Numbered from the whole stretch's first letter, positions 1 through 13,144 are shown. The stretch is 62,635 nucleotides of DNA, filler included, from 3 parts of 3 records of this genome joined end to end with filler, not necessarily neighbours in it, one strand, 5' to 3'. Notes: generated by a model from the letters alone, not told the origin. Numbers and translations: made by a program.

Positions 1-2
1 TT

Positions 3-32
3 AAAGCCAAGTCGAAAGACTTGGCTTTTTTT
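3..32 (+). terminator. Intrinsic terminator of an upstream gene outside the window
   Basis: AAAGCCAAGTC-GAAA-GACTTGGCTTT perfect stem followed by a T-tract. Confidence 0.8.
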
Positions 33-53
33 ATTGCCCTTATTTCACATACA

Positions 54-81
54 AAAAAGGTAAGCTTTCGCTTACCTTTTT
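54..81 (-). terminator. Intrinsic terminator of djlA (possibly bidirectional)
   Basis: AAAAAGGTAAGC-TTTC-GCTTACCTTTTT perfect inverted repeat just after the djlA stop. Confidence 0.8.
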
Positions 82-97
82 CAACATATTGCTGACC

Positions 98-961
98 TTA
101 CTTAAAGCCTTTCTCTTTTTTAATTAAGTCATAAGCTTGCTGTATTTCTTGCGACTTTTCTTTGGCAACATTCATCATCTCTGGCGGTAACCCTTTCGCC
201 ATCAATTTATCTGGGTGGTGCTCATTCATTAGTTTGCGGTATGCACGCTTAATCGTCTTATCATCCGCATTTTCACTCACACCAAGCACCGAATAGGCAT
301 CCGAGAGAACATCGCGGCTTTGCGCTTGCTGCCACTGCCCTCCTCCTGAATATTGTTGCTGATGTTCTTGACCGCCAAAACGACCGCCATCACGTTGGAA
401 GCGAAAGGATGCTTCTTGCATTCGTAATCGGCGTTCTAACTGCTCCGAAGAAAAGCCCAACCCTTGAGCAATTTTATGGAGAACATTTCTCTCACTCGGG
501 TGAATTTCTCCATCAGCGAACGCTGATGATATTTGCAGCTCAAGAAAAAACTGCAATAGGTCAAATCGACCACCAGTAGAAATACGAACTTTATTAAGAA
601 CGCTCTCTAATGGAAAATCAGCATCTTTACCATCTCGGAAAGCATCTTGAGCCGATCGGCGTTGCTCTCCATGAAGGTTCATACGTTCCATCATAATGGT
701 CGCAAGCTGTATTTCTTCTTTTGTCACCTGCCCTTTCGCTTTGGCGACATGCCCCATCACTGAAAACGCAGCTTTAAAGAATTCATCTTGTCGCTCTGCC
801 TGGCTTGGCCCTGAACCAAACGCTCCACTTTGAAAACCAGCCTGACTAAAGCGTCGAGCTTTATCAAATTGGTGACCAATAAACAGTCCCAACATTGCGC
901 CAAAGGGTCCTCCGAACAAAAAGCCGAAGAAAGCGCCAAGAATTTTGCCAAAAATATGCAT
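98..961 (-). CDS. djlA: Co-chaperone DjlA
   Basis: N-terminal TM segment GKILGAFFG, TerB-like middle, C-terminal J domain with HPD (EHHPDKL); divergent from lptD. Confidence 0.96.
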   Translation of the reverse strand: MHIFGKILGAFFGFLFGGPFGAMLGLFIGHQFDKARRFSQAGFQSGAFGSGPSQAERQDEFFKAAFSVMGHVAKAKGQVTKEEIQLATIMMERMNLHGEQRRSAQDAFRDGKDADFPLESVLNKVRISTGGRFDLLQFFLELQISSAFADGEIHPSERNVLHKIAQGLGFSSEQLERRLRMQEASFRFQRDGGRFGGQEHQQQYSGGGQWQQAQSRDVLSDAYSVLGVSENADDKTIKRAYRKLMNEHHPDKLMAKGLPPEMMNVAKEKSQEIQQAYDLIKKEKGFK

Positions 962-1107
962 TATGTGCTCTCAATCTATGAATTTTTTAAGAGTAAAGCG
1001 GTCTGATAGTGCTGGAAGAATGAAATTCCTTTATGATAACGAACGCTATCATTTAGCAATTACTCCCAATATCGGAATTACACAGTTCAACAGGATAGTA
1101 CAACTCA

Positions 1108-3489
1108 ATGTCATGTTTTTCCCGCTCATTTTTAGCCGTTTCAATTAGCGCCGCTCTTTTTGCGCCTCAAATTAATGCAGAAGATTTCTCAAGCGACACT
1201 ATGCAAGAGTTGCCAGCAATTGATCAGTGCTTGATTAATGAGTCAGAACCAGAAAATCCGAACGAACAGCCTATCAATGTCGAAGCGGATAATCTAGAAG
1301 CAATTAATGGTGAAAAAGCGACTTACTCAGGCAACGTAGTAGTTGTTCAGGGTAAAAAACGCATTGAAGCTGATACCGTTACCATGCACCAGCAAGAGAA
1401 TGTTGCCGTTGCAAAAGGCAACGTTAAGTTCAGCGATGGCGAAGTCAAAGCCGAAGCTGATAAAGCAGTGAACGAAATGAACACTGACTTAATGACATTG
1501 GAGAACACCAAATACAATTTCCTATGCCAACCGGGACGCGGTGATGCTGTATACGTATCAAAAACCGGTAAAGCGGTATATGAAATTGAAGATGGTTCTA
1601 TCACCTCTTGCCCAGAGGACGACGACGCCTGGCGATTAAGAGCGTCTAGTATCGATATCGATCAGAATGAAGAAGAGGCGACATTCTATAATCCAAGATT
1701 AGAAGTGCAGAACGTTCCTGTGTTCTACCTTCCATTCTTAACTGTGCCGATTGGTGATACACGTAAAACCGGTTTCCTTTATCCAACCGTTTCCTACGGA
1801 ACCCGAGATGGTTTCGAAATGGAGATTCCAGTCTACTGGAACTTGGCACCAAACTACGACTTAGAAACGACTTACCACTACATGCAGAATCGCGGTAATC
1901 AACTGAACAGTGAGTTTCGCTACTTAACGGACTTTGGTCAGGGGCAAATTAGTTCTGAGTTTCTAAATGATGACAAACTACACCAAGACAAAGGGGCTCG
2001 CTGGGGCTTCCAATACGAACACAGCGGTATATTCCAAGAGGCCTGGAAGTTTGAAGTCGATTACTCAAAAGTCAGTGACTATAGCTATTTCTCTGATTTG
2101 GATTCCAGTATTGGTAACCGTGAAGACGGCCAGCTAATTCAAGAAGGCCAGGTCACTTATCGTAGCACCAATTGGGATACCTCAATTTTAGTTCGCCAAT
2201 TCCAGCTACTGCTCGAAGACCAAACGAGTTCAAGTCAACCTTATCGCCTGATGCCTCAGGTTGCGTTTAACTACTATGCGCCTGAACTATTACGCCATTT
2301 AGATTTTGACCTCAAGAGCCACGTCTCGCGATTTGAAACCGACGGTGAAGGTAAACCTTCAGCAACACGAGTGCATATCGAGCCTGGATTTAAAGTTCCT
2401 CTTGCTAATACTTGGGGAAGCTGGACAACAGAAGCTCGCTTGCTGGGGACTTACTATCAGCAAGAGCTTGAAGGTGTTGATACTTCTAATCCAGACAGTG
2501 ATTACTATGGACTAGAAGAGAGTGTTTCTCGTGTTATTCCTGAGTTTAGAAGCAATGCAGGAATCGTATTAGAAAGGGATACCACTTTATTTAATGGTTA
2601 TACTCAGACACTTGAACCACAGGTTCAATATCTGTACGTACCAAATGAAAACCAGAGCAATATTGGTCTCTACGATACTACTTTGCTTCAGACTGACTAT
2701 TACGGCCTCTTCCGCAGTCGTAAGTACAGTGGTGTCGACTATATCGCTTCTGCTAACCAGTTTAGCTATGGTGCCTCAAGTCGATTCTTTGATGAAGGCT
2801 ATAAAGAACGGTTAAACATCGCTTTCGGTCAGATTTTTTACCTTGATAAAAACCTGAAACCGTCAAACGAAAGCGAAGACAGTGACTCTAACGGTGAAAA
2901 AACGAATTACTCAGCTTGGGCAGTGGAGATGGACTTCAACTATGATGATTTCCTTTTCTACCATGGTGGGGTTCAGTACGACGTAGACAGCAGCTCTCTA
3001 CAGCTGGCGAACAGTACATTAGAGTATCGTTTCAGTGATGGCTTTATTCAAACCAACTACCGCTACGTAACCAAACAGTATATTGAGGATACGGTTGGTG
3101 ACAGTATCAATGTGTCCAGCATAACCCAAGACGGTATTTCACAAGCGGGGCTCCTTGCTGGCTACCAGCTATCGAGAAAATGGTACGCCAGTGCTCAGTA
3201 CTTCCATGATTTAACCACAGATGAGGCATTAGAGTGGTTAGCCAACCTTAGCTATACCTCTGATTGTTGGTACATGGGCTTTACCTACAGCAACCAACTT
3301 AAAAGTTGGGGAACCACAAGTATTGGCTCTCTCGCCTACTACGAAGATCCTGTTTACGAAAATAACTTCAGCTTTAACATCGGTATCATTGGCTTTGGTA
3401 CCAGTATCGGGGCAGGTTCAGATATGACAGGCGTCGACAGCGCGGGCAACTCTCTAGGTTACGGCCGCCCATTCTTCTTGAACAACTAA
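1108..3489 (+). CDS. lptD: LPS assembly outer-membrane protein LptD
   Basis: Signal peptide, OstA-like N-domain, TSCP and RKTGFLYP motifs, beta-barrel, SDCW; precedes surA. Confidence 0.96.
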   Translation: MSCFSRSFLAVSISAALFAPQINAEDFSSDTMQELPAIDQCLINESEPENPNEQPINVEADNLEAINGEKATYSGNVVVVQGKKRIEADTVTMHQQENVAVAKGNVKFSDGEVKAEADKAVNEMNTDLMTLENTKYNFLCQPGRGDAVYVSKTGKAVYEIEDGSITSCPEDDDAWRLRASSIDIDQNEEEATFYNPRLEVQNVPVFYLPFLTVPIGDTRKTGFLYPTVSYGTRDGFEMEIPVYWNLAPNYDLETTYHYMQNRGNQLNSEFRYLTDFGQGQISSEFLNDDKLHQDKGARWGFQYEHSGIFQEAWKFEVDYSKVSDYSYFSDLDSSIGNREDGQLIQEGQVTYRSTNWDTSILVRQFQLLLEDQTSSSQPYRLMPQVAFNYYAPELLRHLDFDLKSHVSRFETDGEGKPSATRVHIEPGFKVPLANTWGSWTTEARLLGTYYQQELEGVDTSNPDSDYYGLEESVSRVIPEFRSNAGIVLERDTTLFNGYTQTLEPQVQYLYVPNENQSNIGLYDTTLLQTDYYGLFRSRKYSGVDYIASANQFSYGASSRFFDEGYKERLNIAFGQIFYLDKNLKPSNESEDSDSNGEKTNYSAWAVEMDFNYDDFLFYHGGVQYDVDSSSLQLANSTLEYRFSDGFIQTNYRYVTKQYIEDTVGDSINVSSITQDGISQAGLLAGYQLSRKWYASAQYFHDLTTDEALEWLANLSYTSDCWYMGFTYSNQLKSWGTTSIGSLAYYEDPVYENNFSFNIGIIGFGTSIGAGSDMTGVDSAGNSLGYGRPFFLNN

Positions 3490-3555
3490 TTTTGAATGAA
3501 CTTGAGGTGAGGCTAGTCCTCACACTCAAGTTCTAATGATTTAATAGGTATTTAA

Positions 3556-4851
3556 ATGAAATTGTGGAAACACACTCTGGTTAGTTTGATGGCTACTTTT
3601 AGCGTGATGAATGCTAACGCCTCACCACAAGAACTTGACCGCGTCTCTATCATCGTCAATAGCGGCGTGATTTTGCAAAGTGACATTGAGAGCGCATTAA
3701 AAACGGTTCGACTCAATGCACAAGGCAGCGCACAAACGCTTCCTGAAGAGTCCGTGCTGCGAGATCAAGTTAAAGAAAAACTGATCATTGATACTTTGCA
3801 ACAGCAGGAAGCGGAACGAATTGGCGTACGTATTGATGATGCACGCCTCAATGACTCTATCGCCGATATTGCTAAAGAAAACAATCAAACGTTAGAGCAA
3901 CTGCAAGCATCCGTGGCACAGCAAGGCCTTTCTTACCCAGAGTTCCGTGAACAAATTCGTAAAGAGATTTCAATTAGTGAAGCTCGTAATGCGATGGTTC
4001 GTCGTCGAATTAATATTCTACCGGCAGAAGTCGATACACTTGCAGAGCTACTCGCTCAAGAAACCAATGCAACTGTTCAATATAAGATCAGTCACATTCA
4101 ACTGCGTTTCAACGACCAACAAGACAAAGAACAGCTTCAACAACAAGCAGAGAAGTTAGTCGAAGAGCTAAATGCTGGCGCAGACTTTAGCAAAATGGCT
4201 TATACCTATTCGAAAGGCCCTAAAGCGCTAGAAGGCGGTAACTGGGGTTGGATGCGTAAAGAGGAAATGCCGACCATTTTTGCAGATGAAATCAAAATGC
4301 AGAATAAAGGCAGCATTATTGGTCCTTTCCGTAGTGGTGTCGGTTTCCATATTTTGAAAATTGACGATGTTAAAGGATTAGAAACGGTTGCAGTAACCGA
4401 AGTTAACGCTCGTCATATTCTCATTAAACCGACCATCATCCTAAGTGATGATGGTGCTAAACAGCAGCTTAATAGCATTATCGATCAGATTAAATCCGGT
4501 CAGGCTAGCTTTGGTGAACTTGCTCAACAATACAGCCAAGATCCTGGTTCAGCAGCTCAAGACGGTGAGCTAGGTTATCAAACCCCTGATATCTATGTAC
4601 CAGAATTTAAACATCAGGTCGAAACACTGCCTGTTGGTCAAATTAGTGAGCCATTCAAAACGGTTCACGGTTGGCATATTGTAGAAGTAATAGATAAACG
4701 AGAAGTTGACCGTACTGACTCAGCACTGAAAAACAAAGCCTATAGAATTTTGTTCAACCGTAAATTTAACGAAGAAGCGAGCACATGGTTGCAAGAGCTG
4801 CGTGCCAGTGCGTTCGTAGAAGAACTGCAAGGTGAACAAGATGACGATTAA
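3556..4851 (+). CDS. surA: Periplasmic chaperone/PPIase SurA
   Basis: SurA N-domain plus two parvulin domains (GFHILK, HGWHIV); gene order. Confidence 0.97.
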   Translation: MKLWKHTLVSLMATFSVMNANASPQELDRVSIIVNSGVILQSDIESALKTVRLNAQGSAQTLPEESVLRDQVKEKLIIDTLQQQEAERIGVRIDDARLNDSIADIAKENNQTLEQLQASVAQQGLSYPEFREQIRKEISISEARNAMVRRRINILPAEVDTLAELLAQETNATVQYKISHIQLRFNDQQDKEQLQQQAEKLVEELNAGADFSKMAYTYSKGPKALEGGNWGWMRKEEMPTIFADEIKMQNKGSIIGPFRSGVGFHILKIDDVKGLETVAVTEVNARHILIKPTIILSDDGAKQQLNSIIDQIKSGQASFGELAQQYSQDPGSAAQDGELGYQTPDIYVPEFKHQVETLPVGQISEPFKTVHGWHIVEVIDKREVDRTDSALKNKAYRILFNRKFNEEASTWLQELRASAFVEELQGEQDDD

Positions 4852-5833
4852 ACGTATCGTAGTCACTGCTGGTGAACCTGCCGGTATTGGCCCTGACTTA
4901 GTATTAGCACTTTCAACAGAAGATTGGGCTCATCAAGTCGTCGTTTGTGCAGATAAAACCGTACTGTCCGAGCGTGCTGAGGCACTAGGTATTGAAGTCG
5001 ATTTACTCGATTACCAAGGAGATGCTGCACCTCAACCACAAAAGGCTGGCACGTTAATCGTTGATCATGTTCCAACATCAGTACCCGTTATCGCAGGTCA
5101 GTTGGACGAACAAAATGGCCATTATGTATTAAAAACATTAGAAAGAGCCGCTTTGGGCTGTATGAATAATGAATTTGATGCTATTGTCACCGGCCCTGTA
5201 CATAAAGGGGTGATCAACCGCGCTGGCGTTGCTTTTAGTGGCCATACAGAATTCTTTGCTGAACAATCAAATACACCTCTCGTGGTGATGATGTTGGCAA
5301 CTGAAGGCCTACGAGTTGCTCTAGTTACAACACATATTCCTCTGGCATATGTCTCAAAAGCGGTAACTAGCGAACGTCTAGAAAAGATCATTCACATTCT
5401 CCACAAGGACCTAGTCGAGAAATTTGCGATTGAGCAGCCTAATATATACGTATGTGGCCTTAATCCTCATGCAGGTGAAGATGGCGTCCTTGGTCGGGAA
5501 GAGATCGAGACTATCACTCCAACACTGGAAAAATTACGTCAACAAGATGGTATTAACCTGATTGGCCCACTGCCAGCGGACACCATCTTCAATGACAAAT
5601 ATTTACAGCAAGCGGATGCCGTGTTGGGCATGTACCACGATCAAGTTCTCCCTGTACTAAAATACAAAGGTTTTGGTCGTTCAGTGAATATCACACTTGG
5701 GCTGCCCTTTATTAGAACTTCTGTTGACCATGGTACAGCACTAGATTTAGCTGGAACTGGACAAGCTGATGTAGGAAGTTTTAAGACCGCACTCATTCAA
5801 GCTATTGAATTAGTTGATAAGCAAGCGAATTAA
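4841..5833 (+). CDS. pdxA: 4-hydroxythreonine-4-phosphate dehydrogenase PdxA
   Basis: [23 protein letters not shown] and RTSVDHGT motifs; ATG at 4841 overlaps the surA end. Confidence 0.96.
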   Translation: MTIKRIVVTAGEPAGIGPDLVLALSTEDWAHQVVVCADKTVLSERAEALGIEVDLLDYQGDAAPQPQKAGTLIVDHVPTSVPVIAGQLDEQNGHYVLKTLERAALGCMNNEFDAIVTGPVHKGVINRAGVAFSGHTEFFAEQSNTPLVVMMLATEGLRVALVTTHIPLAYVSKAVTSERLEKIIHILHKDLVEKFAIEQPNIYVCGLNPHAGEDGVLGREEIETITPTLEKLRQQDGINLIGPLPADTIFNDKYLQQADAVLGMYHDQVLPVLKYKGFGRSVNITLGLPFIRTSVDHGTALDLAGTGQADVGSFKTALIQAIELVDKQAN

Positions 5834-5846
5834 ATTCGAGAACACT

Positions 5847-6662
5847 ATGAGAAATGATGTCCACTTAGGACACAAAGCGCGTAAACGTTTTGGTCAGAAC
5901 TTTTTAAACGATCCTTATATCATTGATGGGATCGTGTCTGCAATTAACCCTTTACCAGGTCAAAACCTGGTAGAAATCGGTCCAGGTCTGGGAGCAATTA
6001 CCGAGCCTGTTGGTCGCGAAGTTGACAAGTTTACCGTTATTGAACTGGATAGAGATCTTGCAGAAAGATTGCGCAATCATCCTGAGTTAGCCGATAAGCT
6101 AACTATCCACGAAGGTGATGCGATGCGTTTTGACTTTACACAACTTGTGAAGCCAAATAATAAACTGCGTATTTTTGGTAACCTACCATACAACATATCT
6201 ACGCCGTTGATGTTCCATCTATTTGAATTCCATAAAGACATTCAAGACATGCACTTTATGCTGCAAAAAGAAGTGGTTAACCGTCTAGCGGCTGGACCTG
6301 GCAGTAAAGCGTATGGTCGTTTAACGGTTATGGCTCAATATTACTGTAAAGTGGTGCCTGTACTTGAAGTACCGCCAACCGCTTTCGTGCCACCGCCAAA
6401 AGTAGACTCTGCAGTTGTCCGTTTAGTACCGTATGAAGTACTACCGCATCCAACAACCAGCTTAAAATGGTTAGATCGCGTCGTTCGTGAAGGCTTTAAC
6501 CAACGCCGTAAAACGGTACGTAACTGCTATAAGAGCCTTTTGTCATTAGAGATTCTGGAAGAGCTGGGCGTCAACCCAGGTATGCGTCCAGAAAACCTCA
6601 CTCTTGTACAGTTCGTTGCAATGGCTAACTGGCTAGATGCAAACCATAAGCAAGAAGCTTAA
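5847..6662 (+). CDS. rsmA: 16S rRNA m6,2A dimethyltransferase RsmA/KsgA
   Basis: [16 protein letters not shown] and GNLPYNIS motifs; ATG at 5847 chosen as start. Confidence 0.97.
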   Translation: MRNDVHLGHKARKRFGQNFLNDPYIIDGIVSAINPLPGQNLVEIGPGLGAITEPVGREVDKFTVIELDRDLAERLRNHPELADKLTIHEGDAMRFDFTQLVKPNNKLRIFGNLPYNISTPLMFHLFEFHKDIQDMHFMLQKEVVNRLAAGPGSKAYGRLTVMAQYYCKVVPVLEVPPTAFVPPPKVDSAVVRLVPYEVLPHPTTSLKWLDRVVREGFNQRRKTVRNCYKSLLSLEILEELGVNPGMRPENLTLVQFVAMANWLDANHKQEA

Positions 6663-6668
6663 GTCACA

Positions 6669-6696
6669 GCAGGACGGCTAAATCCCGTCCTGTTTT
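6669..6696 (+). terminator. Probable intrinsic terminator after rsmA
   Basis: CAGGACGG-CTAAATC-CCGTCCTG followed by TTTT. Confidence 0.55.
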
Positions 6697-6762
6697 CTTA
6701 TCGCTTGAGAGTATAAGTCTTAGCAACAACAAGACCCGACAAACCAAAATCAAGGAGTTCAC

Positions 6763-7146
6763 ATGGATGATGTCTCTACCCCTTGTATCAAAATTCAGGT
6801 TCATACCAAATACATCCCCGAGCAGTCGACACCAGAAAGCGATCGCTATGTGTTCGCCTACTTAATTACGATTAAAAACCTCAGTCCTCAAACCGTTCAA
6901 CTCCTCGGCCGCCGCTGGTTAATTACCGATGCAAATGGTAAACAACTCACGATTGAGGGCGATGGTGTGGTTGGCGAGCAACCCCACATTAAACCTAGCG
7001 ATGAATATACCTACACCAGTGGCACCGCTATTGAGCCCCCTGTCGGCGTCATGCAAGGGCACTATATAATGCAAGACGAAGATGGCGAAGAGTTCACCAC
7101 CACCATTGAACCTTTCCGTTTAGCCGTACCTAACGTATTAAACTAG
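6763..7146 (+). CDS. apaG: ApaG protein
   Basis: [16 protein letters not shown] and GDGVVGEQP motifs. Confidence 0.95.
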   Translation: MDDVSTPCIKIQVHTKYIPEQSTPESDRYVFAYLITIKNLSPQTVQLLGRRWLITDANGKQLTIEGDGVVGEQPHIKPSDEYTYTSGTAIEPPVGVMQGHYIMQDEDGEEFTTTIEPFRLAVPNVLN

Positions 7147-7171
7147 AGCTAAGACCAAAGCAGGAGTACCA

Positions 7172-7993
7172 GTGTCGAATTATATTGTCGGAGATATTCA
7201 AGGCTGTTTTGATGAGCTGCAACTGTTATTACAACAAGTCAATTTCGATCGAAAGGTGGATACCTTATGGGTGGCGGGTGATCTGGTTGCTAGAGGCCCT
7301 AAGTCACTAGAAACATTACGCTTTATAAAATCATTGGGTACTGCGGCAAAAGTGGTTTTAGGTAACCACGACTTGCACTTACTTGCCGTCGCCAGTGGTA
7401 TTCACCCAGTCAAAAATAAAGACAAAACCCGCCCAATCCTAGAAGCGGACGATCGGGATGAACTACTACACTGGTTGCGAAAACAGCCACTGCTGCTAGA
7501 GCATGAAGATTTTGTGGTTTGTCACGCCGGAATATCGCCTCAATGGGATATAGACACAGCAAGAGAGTGTGCGAAAGAGGTTGAAGCAATATTACAAAGT
7601 GAAAGATGGCTGCGGTTAATTGAAAACATGTATTCAAACTTGCCCGACAAATGGGACAGGACGCTCAGTGGTCTCGATCGATACCGCTACATCATCAACG
7701 CGTATACTCGCATGAGGTTCTGCTTTTCTGATAGCCGCTTAGACATGAAATGTAAATTGCCTCCAGCAGAGGTGACTAGTGACACATTGCAGCCATGGTT
7801 TGCTCTTAAGCAACGTGTGAAACTCGATAAGACAGTGCTATTCGGTCACTGGGCTGCTTTAGAGGGTTATCATGGTAAAGATGTCATTGGCTTGGACACG
7901 GGTTGTGTTTGGGGTGGACATCTGACACTTATTCGTTGGGAAGACAAGACATTCTTTACTCAGGATGCCTTAACAAAACAAAGCCCAGTTTAA
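7172..7993 (+). CDS. apaH: Symmetrical diadenosine tetraphosphatase ApaH
   Basis: GDIQGC, GDLVARGP, LGNHD and DTGCVWG metallophosphoesterase motifs; GTG start after AGGAG. Confidence 0.96.
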   Translation: MSNYIVGDIQGCFDELQLLLQQVNFDRKVDTLWVAGDLVARGPKSLETLRFIKSLGTAAKVVLGNHDLHLLAVASGIHPVKNKDKTRPILEADDRDELLHWLRKQPLLLEHEDFVVCHAGISPQWDIDTARECAKEVEAILQSERWLRLIENMYSNLPDKWDRTLSGLDRYRYIINAYTRMRFCFSDSRLDMKCKLPPAEVTSDTLQPWFALKQRVKLDKTVLFGHWAALEGYHGKDVIGLDTGCVWGGHLTLIRWEDKTFFTQDALTKQSPV

Positions 7994-8002
7994 ACTGGGC
8001 TT
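7981..8002. terminator. Hairpin between convergent apaH and folA
   Basis: AAGCCCAGTTTAAACTGGGCTT perfect palindrome. Confidence 0.6.
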
Positions 8003-8012
8003 AACTGTTCGA

Positions 8013-8495
8013 TTAGGCGCGTTCCAGCACCACGAATCTCATATCGTAGGCATTCTTTTCGTCTGCTAAATAGCTTTCCTCAACAGACTCTTTCCACCCT
8101 TGTCCCCAATCAGGAAACTGGGTATCGCCTTCAAGCTCAGCAGCTATGAATGTCACATACAAGCGGTCCGCTTTCGGTAAGCATGCTTCATAAATACTAC
8201 CACCGCCAATAATCATCACTTCTTCAACGCTGCCAGCTTTGTTAATGGCTTGCTCGATAGAAGCAACAACATCAACACCTTCGATAGAGAGGTTTTCATC
8301 ACGGCTTATCACAATATTCTGACGGCCAGGCAAAGGGCGGCCAATCGATTCATACGTTTTTCGGCCCATCACTACAGGTTTGCCCATAGTGCAGCGTTTA
8401 AACCAGTTAAAATCTGCCGGCAGGTGCCAGGGCATCTGGTTGTCTTTACCAATAATTCTATCGTTTGCCATCGCGGCAATCATACTGATGATCAT
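8013..8495 (-). CDS. folA: Dihydrofolate reductase
   Basis: MPWHLPAD, MGRKTYES, RPLPGR, IIGGG and GDTQFP motifs. Confidence 0.97.
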   Translation of the reverse strand: MIISMIAAMANDRIIGKDNQMPWHLPADFNWFKRCTMGKPVVMGRKTYESIGRPLPGRQNIVISRDENLSIEGVDVVASIEQAINKAGSVEEVMIIGGGSIYEACLPKADRLYVTFIAAELEGDTQFPDWGQGWKESVEESYLADEKNAYDMRFVVLERA

Positions 8496-8514
8496 TTCTC
8501 TTCCCTATAAAGAA

Positions 8515-8988
8515 TTAGACAATTGGCTTGCGACGATAGAATAACAGCCCAGGAACTGCCAAGCCAACAGCTAAACCAGCAATAATAAACATCGCTTTGA
8601 GGAAGTTTTCTAACAGAGTAGCTAACAACTCAGGAGTGAAGCCCAGATGATTGATCTCAACCATCGCGATCATCGCACGATAAGCAAACACGCCAGGAAC
8701 CATAGGGATCAACGCTGCAACAGTAAAAACTTTAGGGTGGGCGAGAAACTTATGCGACCAATGCACGCCTATCATCCCCACCGTCGTCGCGGCAAAAAAT
8801 GTCGCCCATTCGATGGGAATTCCGAACTGCATCATCAGGTAACGAGAACCATGTCCTATCGCTCCGCCTAGAGCGCAATATTTTAAAGCGGGAACAGGAA
8901 CATTAAACACCAATGCAAAACCTACCGCCGGAATCGCGGCAAAGAACATGTCATTAAGTAACCCAACAACTAAATCTACAAATACCAT
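8515..8988 (-). CDS. ThrE-family exporter small subunit (YjjB-like)
   Basis: Hydrophobic; AIPAVGFALVFNVP and LIPMVPG motifs; start placed at MVFVD, just past the partner gene stop. Confidence 0.88.
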   Translation of the reverse strand: MVFVDLVVGLLNDMFFAAIPAVGFALVFNVPVPALKYCALGGAIGHGSRYLMMQFGIPIEWATFFAATTVGMIGVHWSHKFLAHPKVFTVAALIPMVPGVFAYRAMIAMVEINHLGFTPELLATLLENFLKAMFIIAGLAVGLAVPGLLFYRRKPIV

Positions 8989-8990
8989 CT

Positions 8991-9752
8991 CTACCACCCC
9001 CAGACGCCTGTAATGCTCATAGCAGCGATAATCCCTAGACAAGTCGCTAAGGTAAGCATACTCGCCATGACAAAGCGTGCGATACCGACATTGACGTAAC
9101 CTTTTAGCACATCAGCAACCGAGTTTATCAACGGAAATCCAGGTACCAACATAAGAACGGAAGATGCCATAACGGTCGTGGGCTGATTTCCCAACTGGTA
9201 TATCACGGCTTGGGCAGAAATAACTGAGGTAACAAACGCAGTAGCGGCAAAGTTAACCAGTGGATTGAAATGACGATGGCCAATTTCTTGTCGAACAATC
9301 ATACCGACCGCAGAGGCGACAAAAGTGATGCCAAAAACTGTCCAATCACCACCAGCAAGGTGACTGAATGATGAACAGGACAAACCTATCATAAGCACCA
9401 CTAACCAGCGGTTGTAACGCTCAGGGCTTATTTGATTGAGTTTCTTCTGTGCCAGTGTGTGATCTAGCAGTCCCTTTTCCATCATGATACAAATGCGCTG
9501 TATTTGAGTCACCGCACGCATGTTGATCCCACGGTCCGCGCAACGTCGAGTGGTTGTTATGCAGTGATCATCAGCTAAGGTTGTCACGACAAGTGATCCA
9601 GCAGACAGGGATACCTCGACCTCCGTCATACCGCACGCCAGTCCCATCCTTTGCATAATACCGCCAACCAATGCACTTTCTGCTCCGTGCGCGAGCAGCA
9701 TTTGTCCTGCTTGCGCTATCAATCTTGAAACAGCTCTCTGTTTGGATGCCAT
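8991..9752 (-). CDS. ThrE-family exporter large subunit (YjjP-like)
   Basis: LLAHGAES and LMLVPGFPLIN motifs; paired with the YjjB-like gene. Confidence 0.88.
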   Translation of the reverse strand: MASKQRAVSRLIAQAGQMLLAHGAESALVGGIMQRMGLACGMTEVEVSLSAGSLVVTTLADDHCITTTRRCADRGINMRAVTQIQRICIMMEKGLLDHTLAQKKLNQISPERYNRWLVVLMIGLSCSSFSHLAGGDWTVFGITFVASAVGMIVRQEIGHRHFNPLVNFAATAFVTSVISAQAVIYQLGNQPTTVMASSVLMLVPGFPLINSVADVLKGYVNVGIARFVMASMLTLATCLGIIAAMSITGVWGW

Positions 9753-9851
9753 GATTCCTTTCTTAACTCCCCACTCGGTAGATCTATACTGATAAAATTA
9801 TATACGCCTTAGTGTGCATGAAAATCAAAAGGTGGAATATGATTTAGATAC

Positions 9852-9878
9852 AAAAAAGCCGCAATTAATTATTGCGGC
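9852..9878 (-). terminator. Terminator after obgE
   Basis: AAAAA-AGCCGCAAT-TAATT-ATTGCGGCT; T-tract on the minus strand. Confidence 0.7.
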
Positions 9879-9895
9879 TAATATAAGTCGGAAAA

Positions 9896-11074
<1,179 letters not shown>

Positions 11075-11286
11075 TTACTCCGCATTATTTGCGTTGCGAT
11101 ATCACTGCTGTAGCAATGATATAAATTTTAGCAGATCCAGACTGGGAAAGAGTTCCTCTTACATCTATACCTACCAATTGGAACAGATAAAAAGAGGCTC
11201 TTGATAGAGTGTCTTGTTATTTGCTCTGCATAAATAAAAAACCCCACCATAACGGCAGGGCTTTTAAATTCAGTTAGGTACTAAAT

Positions 11287-11544
11287 TTATTCAGCTTCGA
11301 TGCTAACAAATTTACGGTTTTTAGGACCTTTAACTTCAAATTTCACTTTACCTTCAGTAAGAGCGAAAAGAGTGTGGTCTTTACCGATACCAACGTTAGT
11401 GCCCGCGTGGAACTTAGTACCACGTTGACGAACGATGATGTTACCTGCAAGAACAGATTCACCACCGAAACGCTTAACACCTAGACGTTTGCTTTCTGAA
11501 TCGCGGCCGTTACGAGTAGAACCGCCAGCTTTTTTGTGTGCCAT
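11287..11544 (-). CDS. rpmA: 50S ribosomal protein L27
   Basis: [16 protein letters not shown]. Confidence 0.99.
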   Translation of the reverse strand: MAHKKAGGSTRNGRDSESKRLGVKRFGGESVLAGNIIVRQRGTKFHAGTNVGIGKDHTLFALTEGKVKFEVKGPKNRKFVSIEAE

Positions 11545-11565
11545 TGTTAAACTCTCCTAATAATC

Positions 11566-11877
11566 TTAAGCGTTGATGCCAGTGATTTTCACTTCAGTGA
11601 ACCACTGACGGTGGCCTTGTTGTTTACGAGAGTGCTTACGACGACGGAACTTAACGATTTTAACTTTATCGCCACGACCGTGTTGTACTACTTCAGCAGT
11701 AATTTTACCGCCTTCAACAAGAGGTGCACCAACAGTGATTTCTTCACCGTTAGCAACTAGAAGAACTTTATCAAATTCTACAGTTGCACCAGTTTCAACG
11801 TCTAATTTCTCTAAACGAAGAGTTTGACCTTCGCTTACACGGTGTTGTTTACCACCAGATTGGAAAACAGCGTACAT
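11566..11877 (-). CDS. rplU: 50S ribosomal protein L21
   Basis: [14 protein letters not shown]...QGHRQWFT. Confidence 0.99.
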   Translation of the reverse strand: MYAVFQSGGKQHRVSEGQTLRLEKLDVETGATVEFDKVLLVANGEEITVGAPLVEGGKITAEVVQHGRGDKVKIVKFRRRKHSRKQQGHRQWFTEVKITGINA

Positions 11878-12147
11878 ATTTTACTCCGCTTTTTCCGCAC
11901 AGCCTATGCTTGTATATTGAGCGATGAGGGTGTGCGCTAAACTAATCATCAATAGGGCGCAGATTCTACGTGAATGAGGTTCCTATGACAAGCCATATTT
12001 TAAAAAAATTGGCGAAAAGCTAATCGCCAATCAAAAGTGCCGCGATCATGCCTTTAAGCCGTGTATTAATCAATGCTTTTTAGTGTATTATTCATCAATT
12101 ATAGAAGACAAAATGCCTTACAAGCTCTAACTTCAGCCGGATGTACA

Positions 12148-13119
12148 ATGGATTTTAAAGCTATCCAAACACTTACTGCCGATGACATGGCAAAAGTGAA
12201 CGAAACAATTCAAGCTCAGCTCAACTCTGATGTTTCTTTAATTAACCAACTCGGTTTCTATATCGTGAGTAGTGGTGGTAAACGCTTGAGGCCCCTACTC
12301 GCGGTGTTATCAGCCAAAGCCTTAGGCTACCAAGGTAACGCTCATACAACAGCTGCCGCCTTCATTGAATTTATTCACACAGCAACACTGTTGCACGATG
12401 ATGTCGTGGATGAATCTGACATGCGTCGCGGCAAAGAAACCGCCAATGCCGCCTTTGGTAATGCCGCCAGTGTTTTGGTCGGTGATTTCATCTACACTCG
12501 CTCATTCCAGATGATGACAGAGCTAGGATCCATGAAGATCCTTAAACTGATGAGTGATGCGGTAAACATCATTGCGGAAGGTGAAGTTCAGCAGTTAATG
12601 AACTGTAATGATCCTAACACCACTGAAGAGATGTATATGCAGGTCATCTATTCAAAAACCGCACGTCTGTTTGAAGCTGCCACACAAATTGGCGCTATTT
12701 TGGTCGATGCACCAGAAGAAGTTGAAACTGCAATGCAGAACTACGGAAAGTATTTAGGCACCGCTTTCCAGCTTATTGACGATGTCATGGACTACACCTC
12801 TGATGGTGAAGAGATGGGTAAAAACGTGGGGGACGATCTTGCGGAAGGTAAGCCAACCCTACCACTGCTTTACGCAATGCGTAACGGCACCCCAGAACAA
12901 CAAGCGATGATTCGTGATGCGATTGAGCATGCAAACGGAATGGAGCGTCTTAATGACATTCTGGCTGCGATGGAAGAGACTGGCTCTCTGACCTACACAG
13001 CCAACAAAGCTCAAGAAGAAGCTGACAAAGCCATTGCTGAGTTATCCGTACTGTCTGAAAGTGAATACAAACAAGCATTAATTACGCTCGCTCACATGGC
13101 AGTACAGCGGACTAAATAA
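12148..13119 (+). CDS. ispB: Octaprenyl diphosphate synthase
   Basis: GGKRLRP, LLHDDVVD and QLIDDVMD motifs; divergent from rplU; start at MDFKAIQ. Confidence 0.95.
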   Translation: MDFKAIQTLTADDMAKVNETIQAQLNSDVSLINQLGFYIVSSGGKRLRPLLAVLSAKALGYQGNAHTTAAAFIEFIHTATLLHDDVVDESDMRRGKETANAAFGNAASVLVGDFIYTRSFQMMTELGSMKILKLMSDAVNIIAEGEVQQLMNCNDPNTTEEMYMQVIYSKTARLFEAATQIGAILVDAPEEVETAMQNYGKYLGTAFQLIDDVMDYTSDGEEMGKNVGDDLAEGKPTLPLLYAMRNGTPEQQAMIRDAIEHANGMERLNDILAAMEETGSLTYTANKAQEEADKAIAELSVLSESEYKQALITLAHMAVQRTK

Positions 13120-13144
13120 CGTAGATTCGTTACAGCTCTAATTG

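Noticed and set aside
7030-7044. ApaG reads IEPPV where homologs, from memory, usually have ETP
   Set aside because: A single substitution or base-call error; the frame is intact and no functional claim can be supported.
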